Assembly (NCBI GenBank): GCA_030295235.1 | Contig: AP026131.1 | Span: forward strand, 1 to 64,000 | Origin: Fistulifera solaris | Lineage: Eukaryota | Length of the DNA stretch: 64,000 nucleotides | Direction of reading: 5' to 3' | Part shown: positions 38,745 through 51,600 of the stretch, one piece after another | How positions within the stretch are numbered: position 1 is the first letter of the stretch | Layout of the letters: every line of letters starts with the position of its first letter | The notes under the pieces: model-generated | Told to the model about the DNA's origin: nothing | Seen by the model: the letters and a program-made list of their open reading frames with translations, nothing else | The model's database searches: none | Made by a program: the position numbers and the translations under genes

Positions 38745-41228
38745 TTATCTTCTTGATGCCGACAAAGCATCCGTGCTTCGTTTTCCTGGTTGCGGCCCGA
38801 ATCGATTACGGAGAAATGCCAAGAGAATACTCATGAACAAGATACCACTACCAATACGAAGAAACACTGGCGACCCGGTATGAACGCGTATTTTGTATCC
38901 CCAAACAGCATCTTTGGTATGTATTAACACATCTGAAGTTCCATCCCCATCAAAATCCATCATTACAGGACGACGAATAGAGGGTTGATGAAATGTAGCC
39001 GAAGCTAGAAGCTTCCCCGTCGAAGCAGAGAGAAGCACAAGCGAATTTTCCCCAGCCAGTAGGATGGGTCGCGTCGGTGGCACTGTCTGAATGGTATCGA
39101 TACGAGTGAGTAAGGCTATGGCTGCTTCATTCCAATGAGGAAAACTAGCGCCCTCTAACAAATGCTCGTTACGCCTTCCTTTCAGTCTCCAGAGCTGCCG
39201 TCCAGAAGCTCCGTGAATTCGATTCACCACACCCGAATTGATCGCCGCTACGATATCCCAACCCTTCCGACTATCCATTGGTTCCATCAAAAGCGGCGCT
39301 ACACCTCGTAACTCTTGCTGATTGGAAGGTGATAGGTAGCCATTGCAAAGGTTCGACGAATACAGCTCCTCACGACTCGGCATTCCCGAAAGGACCATCA
39401 GATGGCATAAAGAAGTTCGCTGCAACGGAGCCGCCACAGCTATATTCGTTTTCTTGGTTGCTTCGCCTTCCGCAACCCGTTGAGCCAGGTTGGTGATGAA
39501 ACGGAAATCGTCGTCTTCCTCCTCTTGCTCTAATGATTGGTGCATCACTGCGTGCGTTCCGAGAGCGAGTTGTACACTGTCCAGAGTGCCATCGTGGTTG
39601 ACATCGGCGTACAGAGCATTTTCATTGAGAGCTAGTCGGCACAATATTCGACCGTTTTTTAAAGAGCGCACTTGCAGTCCTTTCTGATTGTGTAAAACCA
39701 CAACATTAGGACGGCCATGCAGGACGGTAGGTTTTGAATGTCGTTTTAGCTTTGAATTCGTTTCGTGTTGATGATCCTTGTTATTCCTGATCTTGTTATC
39801 ATTTTTCTTCACCTTGTTGCTTTTGTGAGCGTGCGCCACAGGTTGGTCGAGATCAAAGTGCAACACACGTGTTGAAGCATCTTGTTGGGAGGAATAAACG
39901 AAAGGCAATGCTGCTTCGCCGGGCAAAGATGATGTCGCCGTCAACAATGGTCGTCGAAAATATGATTGCATACAATGCTGTTCCGGTAGCAACGAGTTTG
40001 ACGTTGAGGTCGAATGGAGATCGGGGATCAAAGAACGTCTCCGCGCGACAGAAGAAGTTCCTCTTGCCGTCACGTCCCGTAGTACCATTGGTGTGTCGTG
40101 TAATGAATGCCCTGCTTCGATCGCATCATTTGACATTTGCAACTCACGCCAAACCACTTGGCCTGTTCTCGCATCAACTGCCACAGTCAAATGTGCTTCT
40201 ACCGTGTCGAATCGCGGGTGCTGGTCATGAGGCAAGATCTCGATCGCGGCACTCACCAAAACAAGACCACTATCATTTCCGGCATCCACCGCATCGACAA
40301 ATTGCAAGGTCGATTCGATCCACGAAACGATATGAAAGTGTGTCTCCTGTTCCGGAAATAAGTTCAACGTCCACATGGTTTCAAACTGGAGCTGTTGCGC
40401 TGGTTCTTCTGCAGAATCTATTTGGCGGCTGGTGCGCAGAGCCGTCCAGCTGTGTAATGTCAGAATGGCATTCGACCACAACAGCATGACCGATGGTAAT
40501 CCTCCCACGGGAGACAACGCATATGTACTTGTCACATTACGAGTATCCATCAATCGTGAGTCTGATGAGGAAGGGGACTCTTCTAAAGATGGCTGTCGTT
40601 GTTCGGCTTGGGCATCACACGGCGTATCGGCAAAACAGCGTTGCCCGTCCGGACAATCACTACTCCTACCCGTAGGACAGTGTGTTTGACACGATTGCGC
40701 CGCGTGATGCCAGTCAGTTCCACAAAAGTAGTGTCTTGTCCGATCTTGTTGTTGTGTAGATGATGTAGTTGTATCCTTTTGTTGTTTTTGTTGCGCTGAT
40801 CGTTGTAGGATGCTGTCGCGTTTGGGTATAAGAACATGACCTACAGTCATGCGTAACGGCTCCAAAGGCGGAGAAACTGCAGATGAACGGTTTCCTGGAC
40901 TAAAAAGAGTCGATTCCAGTATTGTTTCCGGTATTTGCGGACGATGATTGTTGTTATATTTCGAGATAGGGAGAGAAAGGACTTTGAATTTCCATGACGT
41001 TTGCTGATTATTCTTTTCTTGATAAGCAGTGTCTTGTGAAAGACGAAGCAGTTGAACAAGTGATTCGGGTGTTCCGTCTCCGTCTAAATCCATAGGAGAT
41101 AGAAATGAAGATTGGCTAAGATAGAATGCGAGACGCACGGTTGCTGATAAGGATTCCTGTTCATTCCAAATCAAATGAGATAACGCAATAGCGAATAACA
41201 CAGCGGCAACATCGCGTTTGCGAATCAT
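38745..41228 (-). CDS. FG-GAP beta-propeller membrane protein (plant NERD1-like) with an inserted Cys-rich module
   Basis: Intact 827-aa ORF with DLDGDG, DVNHDG and DFDGDG Ca loops, PNVVVLHNQKGLQV..GRILCRL, an N-terminal hydrophobic segment and a C-terminal TM. Confidence 0.82.
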   Translation of the reverse strand: MIRKRDVAAVLFAIALSHLIWNEQESLSATVRLAFYLSQSSFLSPMDLDGDGTPESLVQLLRLSQDTAYQEKNNQQTSWKFKVLSLPISKYNNNHRPQIPETILESTLFSPGNRSSAVSPPLEPLRMTVGHVLIPKRDSILQRSAQQKQQKDTTTSSTQQQDRTRHYFCGTDWHHAAQSCQTHCPTGRSSDCPDGQRCFADTPCDAQAEQRQPSLEESPSSSDSRLMDTRNVTSTYALSPVGGLPSVMLLWSNAILTLHSWTALRTSRQIDSAEEPAQQLQFETMWTLNLFPEQETHFHIVSWIESTLQFVDAVDAGNDSGLVLVSAAIEILPHDQHPRFDTVEAHLTVAVDARTGQVVWRELQMSNDAIEAGHSLHDTPMVLRDVTARGTSSVARRRSLIPDLHSTSTSNSLLPEQHCMQSYFRRPLLTATSSLPGEAALPFVYSSQQDASTRVLHFDLDQPVAHAHKSNKVKKNDNKIRNNKDHQHETNSKLKRHSKPTVLHGRPNVVVLHNQKGLQVRSLKNGRILCRLALNENALYADVNHDGTLDSVQLALGTHAVMHQSLEQEEEDDDFRFITNLAQRVAEGEATKKTNIAVAAPLQRTSLCHLMVLSGMPSREELYSSNLCNGYLSPSNQQELRGVAPLLMEPMDSRKGWDIVAAINSGVVNRIHGASGRQLWRLKGRRNEHLLEGASFPHWNEAAIALLTRIDTIQTVPPTRPILLAGENSLVLLSASTGKLLASATFHQPSIRRPVMMDFDGDGTSDVLIHTKDAVWGYKIRVHTGSPVFLRIGSGILFMSILLAFLRNRFGPQPGKRSTDALSASRR

Positions 41229-41864
41229 TCTTTATTTATGTGTCGTCTCGGTAGTAATAGGGAGAAATGGAGGAGCGAGTTAATTATTAGTTGCTTAGCA
41301 TTGTTGCGCCGTTGTTGCTTTTGTAGTTGTAACAATAATAAGGCGTGCTCTGCCGCGTCGTTTTTGCGTCTCACAAAATCAAATCACGATGGTTCGTGAC
41401 TGTGAGCACGCCGGCATGCATTGATACCAAAAGTTCAACGATCCATTATCATGGATTACAAAATCATATCTGAGTCGCAAAATGACGTGGCAGACGTTTT
41501 CACGCCAGCCAGCCAGGCAGGCCAATCTCTCTTGTTCTCGCCTGTCCTCCCGGCCTATCGCGAACTAACTATACGTCAAAAAAGAACAACGCCACGTTCC
41601 CCCGTTTGCGTCGCTCTCTTTGTTTGCGCGCCTTTTTGGGATCGTCCTGTCTTTTGCTTCTTATTGTTTCCTTATTTTCCTTCTTCACACAATTGATTAA
41701 ACATAACAGACGCTTTTCAACGTTTCTTTTTTATTTCGGGTTGCTTGATGTTGGCTGATTGCGAGACGGGGAAGTATTTGCCTTTAAAATTGATATGAAG
41801 AATTGAGGACGACTTTTTCATTGCATCCTTTTCAAGCAACAATAATAATAGATAGGAAAAAAGC

Positions 41865-43900
41865 ATGTCAGCGGCTGTCGTTACAACGCGAGATCCGTCT
41901 CCGACATCATCAGTAGAGGAAACGGCCTGTTTGCCTTTATCTACTTCGAATAAGCAGCAACAATCGCCACAGCAGCAACAACATTCCGAGTCGCCAGTTG
42001 ACGAGCATAAAGCTTTCCCCAAGTTGAAAAATGAGCTTGATGAAACACGACATCACGATCGATATTCCCCACACAATACTAATAGCGCTGCAACAGCTGA
42101 TACGACGGAAACTGTACTAGTAAAACCGCAACCGAAACGATTAATACTTTGCAACAATTCTTCTCCATTGCCCGCGGAAGCCAAACGTATATTGACGCAA
42201 GTAGCACAAACGGGACAATATACGCATCTTCCGTGGTCAGTTGGCTCTTCGTCGCACAATCTACCTCGGAAAAGACCTCGGACGGAAACTCAGCAACATC
42301 AGAAGCAAGACGATTACGACACGAACGATACAGAGCCCTCACAATACACCAGCTTGCAACAAGTCCTACGGGTGAGTGTTCAAGCCGTACTGGAATTTTA
42401 TTATTACACCAAAGGAGGCTACAAACTAGCTCCTGTGGAACGGCTACGACACAGAACGTCAGCATCATCAGTAGCACCTCTGTCAACGGATCCGCCGGAG
42501 CCAACTTCCACGACAACCCCGGAAACAACATCAATAACAGCTACTTTGGAAGAACAAATATTTCGACAAAGATTACAACGTCTCTTGTCGGCCTTGGAAC
42601 AACCTTCCGTGTCAGATGGGCATCCTCCTTTTACCGTGCAACGGATTGCTGAAGTACTCGTGGCACCCGAACGCTATTACACTCAAACACACAAACTGTG
42701 CAATTGTCTTGAAAAATTGTTCTTGGTTACTGCTTCGGCTGATGCCTTTGGTGGAATGGACGGAGGAGATACAGCACAAACAAGGAAAGAAGCGCAAGAA
42801 AGAGCGGCGTTAGAAGATGAAAAAGTCGATTTCACTCGCACTACTTGCGTCGACAACATCATCAACAATTACAACAGCAATCTCCTTCCCCTCCCTCTTC
42901 TCCTCTATCGCCAACAACCACAAAAACAGCAATGCAACGCTACTCACCAGAGGTTACATCACCCGAACACGCAGCATCCGGTTCACCGGACCGCACAACT
43001 ACCATCCTGTATCATTCACCATCATCACCCTCGCCTACGTCTCCTCCGCCACCTGAATCATCGGCAGAAGACGCTGCGCGAGAACTATTAGAAGCCGCGG
43101 CACGTGCTTCCTTGCGCACGAAATTCGACCACGTCGGTTTGGTGGATCAAGGCAATCACAAAAGGGATGTCGCAGCTCGAATGATGATGTCTGAATCGTC
43201 TCGTGGTTTAACCAACTCTCCTCCGCCACCGAGTGTATCGTCCATGGCGGTGGCGGCACATTTAACAGGACATGGAAGTAGTTTGTTACGGACGCAGCAA
43301 CACCATCATCACGAGCCAAGTACGGAATTGGGACGAGCACTGGCGTGTACATCTCCTACGAATGGCGCTACACCGACATCACCATCTTCCTTGATTTTTC
43401 CCGAGGGTATGCATACGAATCACTTGTCCATGTTGCGCGGCACTAGTGTCTCTGGTTTGACGCCTTTGGAGTTGGCCGCCTTTTCAGCGACCGATCTCAA
43501 TAACAGTAATAGTAACAACAAGGATGCGGATTTGGAAAGTCGTTCATCCGCCTCGTCCGATATTGACTCTGAGTCAGATGACATTTCCTTGGACGATTCC
43601 GCATCCGATCGGAGCGACGGTTCTTCCGATCCTGAACCATCGACGACCCGAGCCATGGTATGGCGTCAACAACAGCAACAACGTTTGTCTCAGTCGCAAC
43701 GCCTGCAACTTTGGAGTTCCTTGCAAGTCCAACAGCAATTGGCTTCAAATAACAATGCGAGTGTTATGAACAGTAGCAATGCGAATAATGTTCCGAACAG
43801 CAATACGAACGAAGGCGGAGAAAGTGAAGGCCCTCCTCAAGAAAGTCGAACGGATGATTCGGGCGGCAGTGATTCGTCCATGTCGGATATGACGGATTGA
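41865..43900 (+). CDS. PPP4R2: PP4 regulatory subunit 2-like; frameshift near 42825
   Basis: PPFTVQRIAEVLVAPERYY..KLCNCLEK signature, followed by a low-complexity acidic tail. Confidence 0.8.
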
Positions 43901-43978
43901 AGGACGAAGAAAATAAGCCCGTACATTTGTGATGTTAGCATAATATTTTCTGTATTACAGTATGACTCTTCCTACCTT

Positions 43979-44620
43979 TCAACACCTCGGTTTCGCGCAC
44001 TTTCTTGATTCTTCAACGCCCGTTTTCGGACATACCATAGTATTCCAGCTCTTTGGTTGCATCACAGTCCCTCCTTTTGCAGAAAGTGCATACCATACCC
44101 CCAATTGCGGTTCTGCCAAGGTCAACATGTACCGTTGTGTATCTCCAAGTGACAAAACACGTGCAACAATCCAATCTCCCGGTCGAACGGCTTCAATGAC
44201 TTGCCACGAAGTCTTATTGTTAGCAGTATTCGTATTTGTCGTATGAGTCACCGGTACAGTGGAACCAATGTCCTCTCTCCTTACAATGGCTTCTGCCGGA
44301 TATTGTAAAGTCCCTCCTGTTTCTGTCGCAAAGATGGAAACATGTGCTTGCGTCCACGAAACGCGATCGACTTTGGCCAGTACAATTTGACCAACTGTAA
44401 TAACACGACGACTCGCAAAGTCGTGAGGGGGTGTCACTGTTATAAGCGACTGTTCTTCTTGTTGTTGTATTGATAAACGACCCGCTGTCGAAGCATACAA
44501 ATGTCCTTTGCGAGCACTCGTTCCTGGACCCGGTACTGTTGTCTTGAAAAACGATCCCAAACGATCGCCGGGAACAACAAACGAGTCGATTTCGTAGCGT
44601 AATCGCGAATTGTTGTTCAT
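43979..44620 (-). CDS. CSL4: Exosome cap subunit Csl4/EXOSC1
   Basis: VVPGDRLG, S1 domain (RPGDWIVARVLSLGD) and C-terminal MVCPKTGVEESRKCAK. Confidence 0.93.
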   Translation of the reverse strand: MNNNSRLRYEIDSFVVPGDRLGSFFKTTVPGPGTSARKGHLYASTAGRLSIQQQEEQSLITVTPPHDFASRRVITVGQIVLAKVDRVSWTQAHVSIFATETGGTLQYPAEAIVRREDIGSTVPVTHTTNTNTANNKTSWQVIEAVRPGDWIVARVLSLGDTQRYMLTLAEPQLGVWYALSAKGGTVMQPKSWNTMVCPKTGVEESRKCAKPRC

Positions 44621-45679
44621 TTTTTTAATGTTGGGGTTGTGATAGTATTATAAGCAACAAATAATACTCCGTAATGAACTACTCAATCATCGTCGCAATA
44701 TTTTTCCTTTATGGCTATCTTTTTCACTCGAAACACGGACGGACCATTGACCCTTGTGACACCAAAATCTACTATAGCTCCAAGTGTAGGTTCAAGGAGC
44801 CGCGACTGCAATTTGGTCACGAGTCAATATTTTTTTATTAAATCACACTGCTGCCGAATTTCCAATTATTGTTCTGCTAGCCGAATAAGCGTCAATTATC
44901 TTTCTTGCAATATTACAAACCTTATCATCGTTTTTATTGCTAATAAGGATTATCTGCGTCAAAAAAGTTTTAAAGATTGATGTCTTAGTTTTTACTATCG
45001 TCCAATGTGTTTGTTTACGACCACTACGTAGTACGTACCGGTACTTACTTGCAGTCACGACAATGGATTTTTTTGAGACGGACTTTCACCGAACTAGCAA
45101 TTGTTCTACATGTTAAAGTGAGCTTCATTTGTTGCTGGCACGGTGAACAATAAAATCAACGAGCCTTTGCAATGCATTCTTCGTTTATTTCCATCGACAT
45201 CGTAATCTTTAGTATTTACTATGTTTCCAATGTGTTGCTCGTTTTTCTCCAGACTGCATTTTAGTCATGAATGATTCAACAGCTTTCTAGCCAGAAGTGC
45301 TACAGTACTTGTATCAGTTAATGAGGATCAGTTGCGTCTAGCACACGAAAATAATCATGATGATACAGTAATTCGTGACTGATATTCACACGAGAAAAAA
45401 TACACGTAATGGCAACAATCACGTTTTCAACTATTTCTTATACAGTAATGCCCTCTCTGTTGCGGTACCCACTACCCACTGATCTCAAAACCAATGCCGC
45501 GATAAAAAGGGCGGGAAAATGAAATCAAAGGCGCAAAAAGCAACTCTCATCACAACAACAGATAAGCAAGCGACAATAGTTGCATTCAAAGCACAAAAGA
45601 TTCGAGATTACGCGTCATTAGAACTAGTTTCGCGAAAGAATATCGTATCTTCGCTGTTAGTGTAGCGCAAATAACGAAA

Positions 45680-48599
45680 ATGGACTACTACGAAGGAGGA
45701 GAAGACGAATGGGATGATCTCATTCAACAAGATGTCAATGAACCTTACGATGATGAAGATGATTATTATCAAGAGCCTATGGTTTATTTGTCGGAAGATG
45801 ACGAAGAAACAAAGAAGAATCAGCAACAAGAAAGCAATAAAAGGATAGCGATCCTCCCAATGCATCCTCTTTGTCGTCTACGCCTCCATCTTTAGCGACA
45901 ACTCAAAGTGCTGATGACGTTGATGAAGATGAAGATGTGCAAGAACAGCATTCACTGGAGTACAACAACAGAGGCAACAACAGCAACAACGATAACGATC
46001 TCTTTTCTTTTGAAAGGTACGTTCGAAAAACAGCTTTGTATTCTGCAAACTATTTCCTGTTGCCTTACACTTTTTACTTCATTTTGCATCACCAGATACA
46101 ACAAAGGCATGACTTGGAGGCAAGAGATTGTAACTTCTCCGGATACTATGAAAGCGAAACAGTTTGCGCGAAGCAAAGCGGCGGCCTCTTCTTTGTTTCA
46201 TGCGAAAAACAAACAAAGACAGCAGCAACACCAGCAACGTCCTTTGTTGGCGCACACTATCCAAACGCACGCGCCGAAAGTTGTTATTCTTCCTCAGCGG
46301 ATGACATTGCGCCCGATACCAGGTACATCCGTATCCATGACATTGAAAGATGGGCAACGTCTTTACATGAAGCAGACGACAATTACTGCAAACGATACTA
46401 TTGCTACAGCTGCTACTGCTACGACGACAAACTATCCCTTGGGAGAGTCCATGCGCGCCATTCGGGCCAGAGTTGATCGTCGAAGACGAAACGCTGCTAC
46501 TGTATCCACGGCATCGACAACGGTTAATCACGAGACTTCTGTCAACAACAACAGCACCCGCAAACAAGAAGATCAACTGTGGGTGGATAAACATGCTCCT
46601 ACTTCTTGGTCTCATTTGCTATCGGAAGAACGCGTCAATCGACAAGTACTCAAAACACTCAAAGCGTGGGATCCGTATGTCTTTGGTCAGTCCGCGCCCA
46701 TTCAGAAACACAATCCCAATCATCAGTCTGCAACGACGACAACCAGCACGCAAAGCAACGACATACGCCCGCCCGTTCAACAGCGCGTCATCTTGCTTTC
46801 AGGCCCTCCAGGCACGGGAAAGACCACATTAGCTCATTGGGTGGCACAACACGCCGGATACCGTCCGCTCGAAATCAACGGATCGGAAGATCGATCCGCC
46901 ACTGTGCTCATGCAGCACATTACGAGGGCCATGGAATCGTCCACGCTAGATCACCATTTGTCGTCATCCACTACAACTCAGCACCGCCCCAATTGCATCA
47001 TACTTGACGAAATTGATGGCGCTGATGCCAAGGGTGCCATCCAGGCTATCGTCGAATTGATTCAAGCCTCGAACAAACAGAAACGCTTTCTCCGACGTCC
47101 TATTCTGTTTCTTTGCAATCACAAATATGCCCCCGCTTTGAGACCTCTGTTGCCGTTTGCGAAACAATTCGAAGTGCATCCTCCGGAACCGCAACGACTC
47201 GTACAGCGACTACGTGGAATTCTTACGCACGAACAGTGTATTGTGTCCCAATCCAATGTATTGCACGATCTAGTCACGGAAACGGCAGGAGATATTCGGT
47301 CGTGTTTGTTTACTTTGCAGTGGGCGAGGGCGGCGGCCATGCAAACGAGTACACGTACAGTCGATTTGACGCGCGCAGTGGAACAAGCTTTGCAAGGAAG
47401 TGGGCTAAAAGATGAACGAAACGATGTTGCGAGTTGTTTGACGACAGTCTTTCGACGCGAAAAACGGCATAAGGAAGGATCGAATTCTAGTTTGGATCAA
47501 GTGTTGCATTCAGTCGATCGCTTTGGTGATTCATCCAAAGTAATGGATGCATTGTTCCTCAATGCTTCGCAGGTTTCATACGTTGATCCCACTCTAGATC
47601 GGTGTGCCACCATCTACGAGTGGTTGTCTGCGAGTGATTTGTTCCGTTCGTCGTTTTCATTGGAGGTTTGGCACACGCCTATGGCTGCTGGAGCAGCGCA
47701 TGTCCTTGGTCGTGTCGAACGGCCTCCGAATTTGGTGTTTTCGACTCGATTCTTTTCTGATTTGAGCTATCAGTGTGAGGGCAATGTAGCTCTGTTGCAA
47801 CGGTTCGCTGAAGGGCTACCGCAGTGTCAACTCGTTTCAGTATGCCGTGCTGTTACGGAGACAATTCCTTATGCCATGGCGATTGTAGCGCCATTAGTCG
47901 CGACGCACATTCGCCGTACAGTAACATCAGTGGAAGTGTTGACGCCCGCCGAACGCGTATCATTTGATCAGGCGGTACGAATTATGATTAGTCTGGGCCT
48001 TTCGTATGTGGCCACCGACAATTTCCACCAAGATCCGTCCAGCGGATCTTCTGGTAAAACTGTACGACTGGATCCCCCTGTTGACCGCTTAACGACCTTT
48101 GAAGGGTCAGCGTCTCTGCAATCGCAAGTTCCGTTACCGGTAAGTGCCATCACTCGCTTCATATTGTGTAATTCGATTGTAGAGAATGAGCTTATTGATT
48201 TGTCCTGGTCAGATTAAAAAACTACTTGCGAAAGCGATTGCAAGTCGACGATTGCAGGAAAGTGTGGATGAAACTACGGACATTCCTGATGAACCGAATA
48301 TGGAAAAAGAAACTAGGAACTCAGTTGAAAACATGTCGATTGAAAAGGGGACGGAAAGTCGTGTAATAAAACAAACTCATACCGCAGATGCTAGCAATTT
48401 TTTAAGGCTAGGCGCCAAGCAAGCCAAGGCCGCCCGTTCAGCGAGGTCGGCTTTACGTGCCGGTATCGATCGCTCATCGAAACGGCAAAAGTTATCGCAT
48501 TCTGGTAGCGGTGTTCCGCTGAATCAGGTGATTCGTTTCAAATACGTCAAAGGCTTCACGCAAGCAGTTCGAACCCCATGCTTTCCAGAAGATCTCTAG
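45680..48599 (+). CDS. CTF18: Chromosome transmission fidelity protein 18 (RFC-like); intron ~48140-48212, frameshifts in the 5' part
   Basis: LWVDKHAP..LLSEERVNR..LKAWD, GPPGTGKTTLAH, EINGSEDR, DEIDG, GDIRSC and C-terminal FKYVKGFTQAVR. Confidence 0.92.
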
Positions 48600-48654
48600 C
48601 TGTTAAATTTTACTTTCAAAAAATAAGTACCGTGAACTATTCCTCACCTTATTA

Positions 48655-51600
48655 TTATGTAAAAAGCGCTTTCATGTCTTCGGCGGCGAGCATCTTCAAA
48701 CTACCTGCATCTCTACCAACTGTCCCATCGAAAACAAGTCGTTTCTTCTCCTGTAACTGGAGGACACGTTCCTCGACGGTACCTTCAGCCACAAACCTTA
48801 CAGCTCGAATGGGTCTATGCTGGCCGATGCGATGAACTCGATCCAAAGCTTGCATTTCAGCGGCAGGATTCCACCACAAATCTAAAAGATACACCTCAGA
48901 TGCAGCCGTCAGATTCAATGCTACCCCAGCTGATTTCAGTGACATTAGAAGAACTCGAACATCATGATCTTCGCGAAACGACTTCAGCGCCGCGTCTCTA
49001 CTTTTCACGTCCATTCCGCCGTGCATGATTTTCACTCCCAAATCTAGATTAGCAAGGTAGGGATCGGAATGAAGCCTCCAACGAACAAGATCGAGCATAT
49101 TGACGAATTGACTGAAAACAAGCGCCTTGCTTCCTGGACGCCTGCGCCTCATTTCAATCAGTTCTTGAACTAGTACCTCAATCTTTGTAGAAGTTGCGAA
49201 GTCGGCGAGATTGATTCGCCTCAAGATTGATCCTGTCGACACGTGAGGCATATCTCGAAGAGAAGGAACTGGAGTATAATCCTTCTTTCCTTCTAAGCTT
49301 CGCAAGGCGCTTCCACCGGTGCCCATAACAGCAGGACTCTCTTGATTCAAATCAATGCTAAACGGCTCACGGCAGCACGGACAGGGAGTGCTCATTTCTC
49401 CGCCAGCTCCACTGATATAATCCAAGACACAAGTGCGACAGAAAGCAGCGTTACAGCATGAACTAGAGACACCATCCGTGGGTGGTTCATGGCAGATTTC
49501 GCAGTCCACGGAATCAAGAACGGCTGGAGAGGAAGTTGAAAGAGCTGCGTGTGCATGGCGTGTCTTTGAGTGCACAATCAAATAAGGGTGATTTACAGCT
49601 TGACGCATCTTGGTTAGCAAGTCCTTTGTTTATTTGAACAAAGCGTGAGAAACTTCGATAGCGCAGCGAAAAATGCTCAAAAATGCTCAATTCAGCACTT
49701 ACGAATATATGAGCGTAGTTGTTCAAAAGCGTTCCTTCAGCCACATAATCGTCGAAACTAGATTTCGTCTGAGTGTACAAAGCATTATAAAAGTCCTCTT
49801 CAATGGGATGCAGACGGATACTTCTCAGAGTTACAAGCCGTGGTGGCAGCTCAAGGTCTGCTGCCTTCGTCTCCTTCGTGCGCCGGAGTAAGCCTGCGTA
49901 AAATTACAACATAAGTTAGACGAAATAAGATGACCGCGTTGAAAATCCAGAACGAAAAATGATCTTACATTTGTCTAGAACATCGTTTTTCAGCGTAAAC
50001 ATAGCTCTGCGACCATCTCCACTGTAACCATCCCGTTGGATAGGATTCAAGACATACTTATTGAAATGAGCAAAGTGGGAAAACGAACGGTGACCGCAGT
50101 CTTGGCAAATACCATTTGCCATCCGATAGTGCAGTGACCTGCATGTGCAGTCTTTTGACGGCAAAAATAATACGCCATAGGTTCAATGCGTAAAAATCGA
50201 ATCAGCGAATAAAGCTCCCCGACACGGTTTTGCAAAGGTGTACCTGAAAGGCACCATCGATGGATCGCGGTCAAGGCGAAAGCAGCAGCACTACGCAGCC
50301 AAAGCAGTGAGAAAGTTATAGCTCGTCAAAAAAATACAACCATTCCACTTACGAAGTTTGACTAGCTCGTGATTTGATCATATGCGCCTCGTCGAGAACG
50401 ATTCTCCACCAGCAGAAAGAGTGCAGAGCACTAAATCTCGATCCTGCGATGGCTTGATTGATCAAGTCATCCATATCGATTCCATCCATAGGATCAACAG
50501 AATCAGCACCGTCAGAACTGTCACTGGAACTTTCATCGTCGAATTTCTTCTTTACTGGTCCTTTGAGAGCCTTCTTTTGAGTCATCTTCTTTTTACCCTT
50601 TCCCTTCGAAATCTTCTTCAGTGCCTGCTCCTGTTTTTCCACAGCGCGTTGGACCGCCTCGTCCTTTGCTTTACGTTTCGGAAAATGTTTAGAGGAAGTG
50701 ATAGGTGGGTCGACTGTGTTGGAGTCCGAGTCCGACGAGAATACATCCTCATTGCTACTAAACATGCTCTGCTCCGAACTATCTGAATCGTAGTTCGCTC
50801 CGTTGCTCCATTCTTTCATAGAGCCTTTCACTTTTCTGGCTGCTTTGATGGCTGCTGATCGCGACGGTCTCACCGGAGAATCATCTAAGTCATCCTGGAT
50901 CGACATTTCGCTTTCGGATTCGTAATCAGGAGTCGCATGGAGTTTGACAAATTTCGATGATTTTGTTGCAGGTGGCTTCGACTGCGGAGCCTTGGCATCT
51001 TTGGTGTTCGACTTTGGTTTCTTCTTACTGGGATTACCACCACGGTTAGGGTGTCGATCTAGTTCTGCCGTTCGGCGTTGTCGGGCTTGTGCTTCCGTTC
51101 GCTGCGCATTCTCTCCGCAAAAATACTTGAGATGAATCTTCAGTTTGCTAATTTTGAATTTACCGCCACAGTTTGGACAAGCGACTTTGTTGGGAGACAC
51201 CATTTTGCGAAAATCTTGTTCAAGCACTTGGTAGGTGGTCAGCACAACATCATACTTGTGCATCATATCAAGAGGCATTTCCGAATTACGCTTAGGACCG
51301 TGATAGATACCCACCGTCAGTCCAGCCTCGCTATCAACAAACTTCTCCAACTCAGATTTCCATTGCGACAATGCTACTACTGGACAAACAACAAGTGTCC
51401 CTGCACGGGTACCGCCCTTTTACCCTTGGGACGCGCCTTTTCTGGAACATTGTTCATGTCCATTTCGTGTTTCCATTCCTCCAAAGCTTTGGCCCACAAT
51501 GCCTCCTCTGCTTGCCGTTTCTCGAGATCAGGCGAAGACGGCGGGTGCTTCACTCCAGGTGGTGAATGCTGCAATATGGGTCTATTGTCTAACATTGAAA

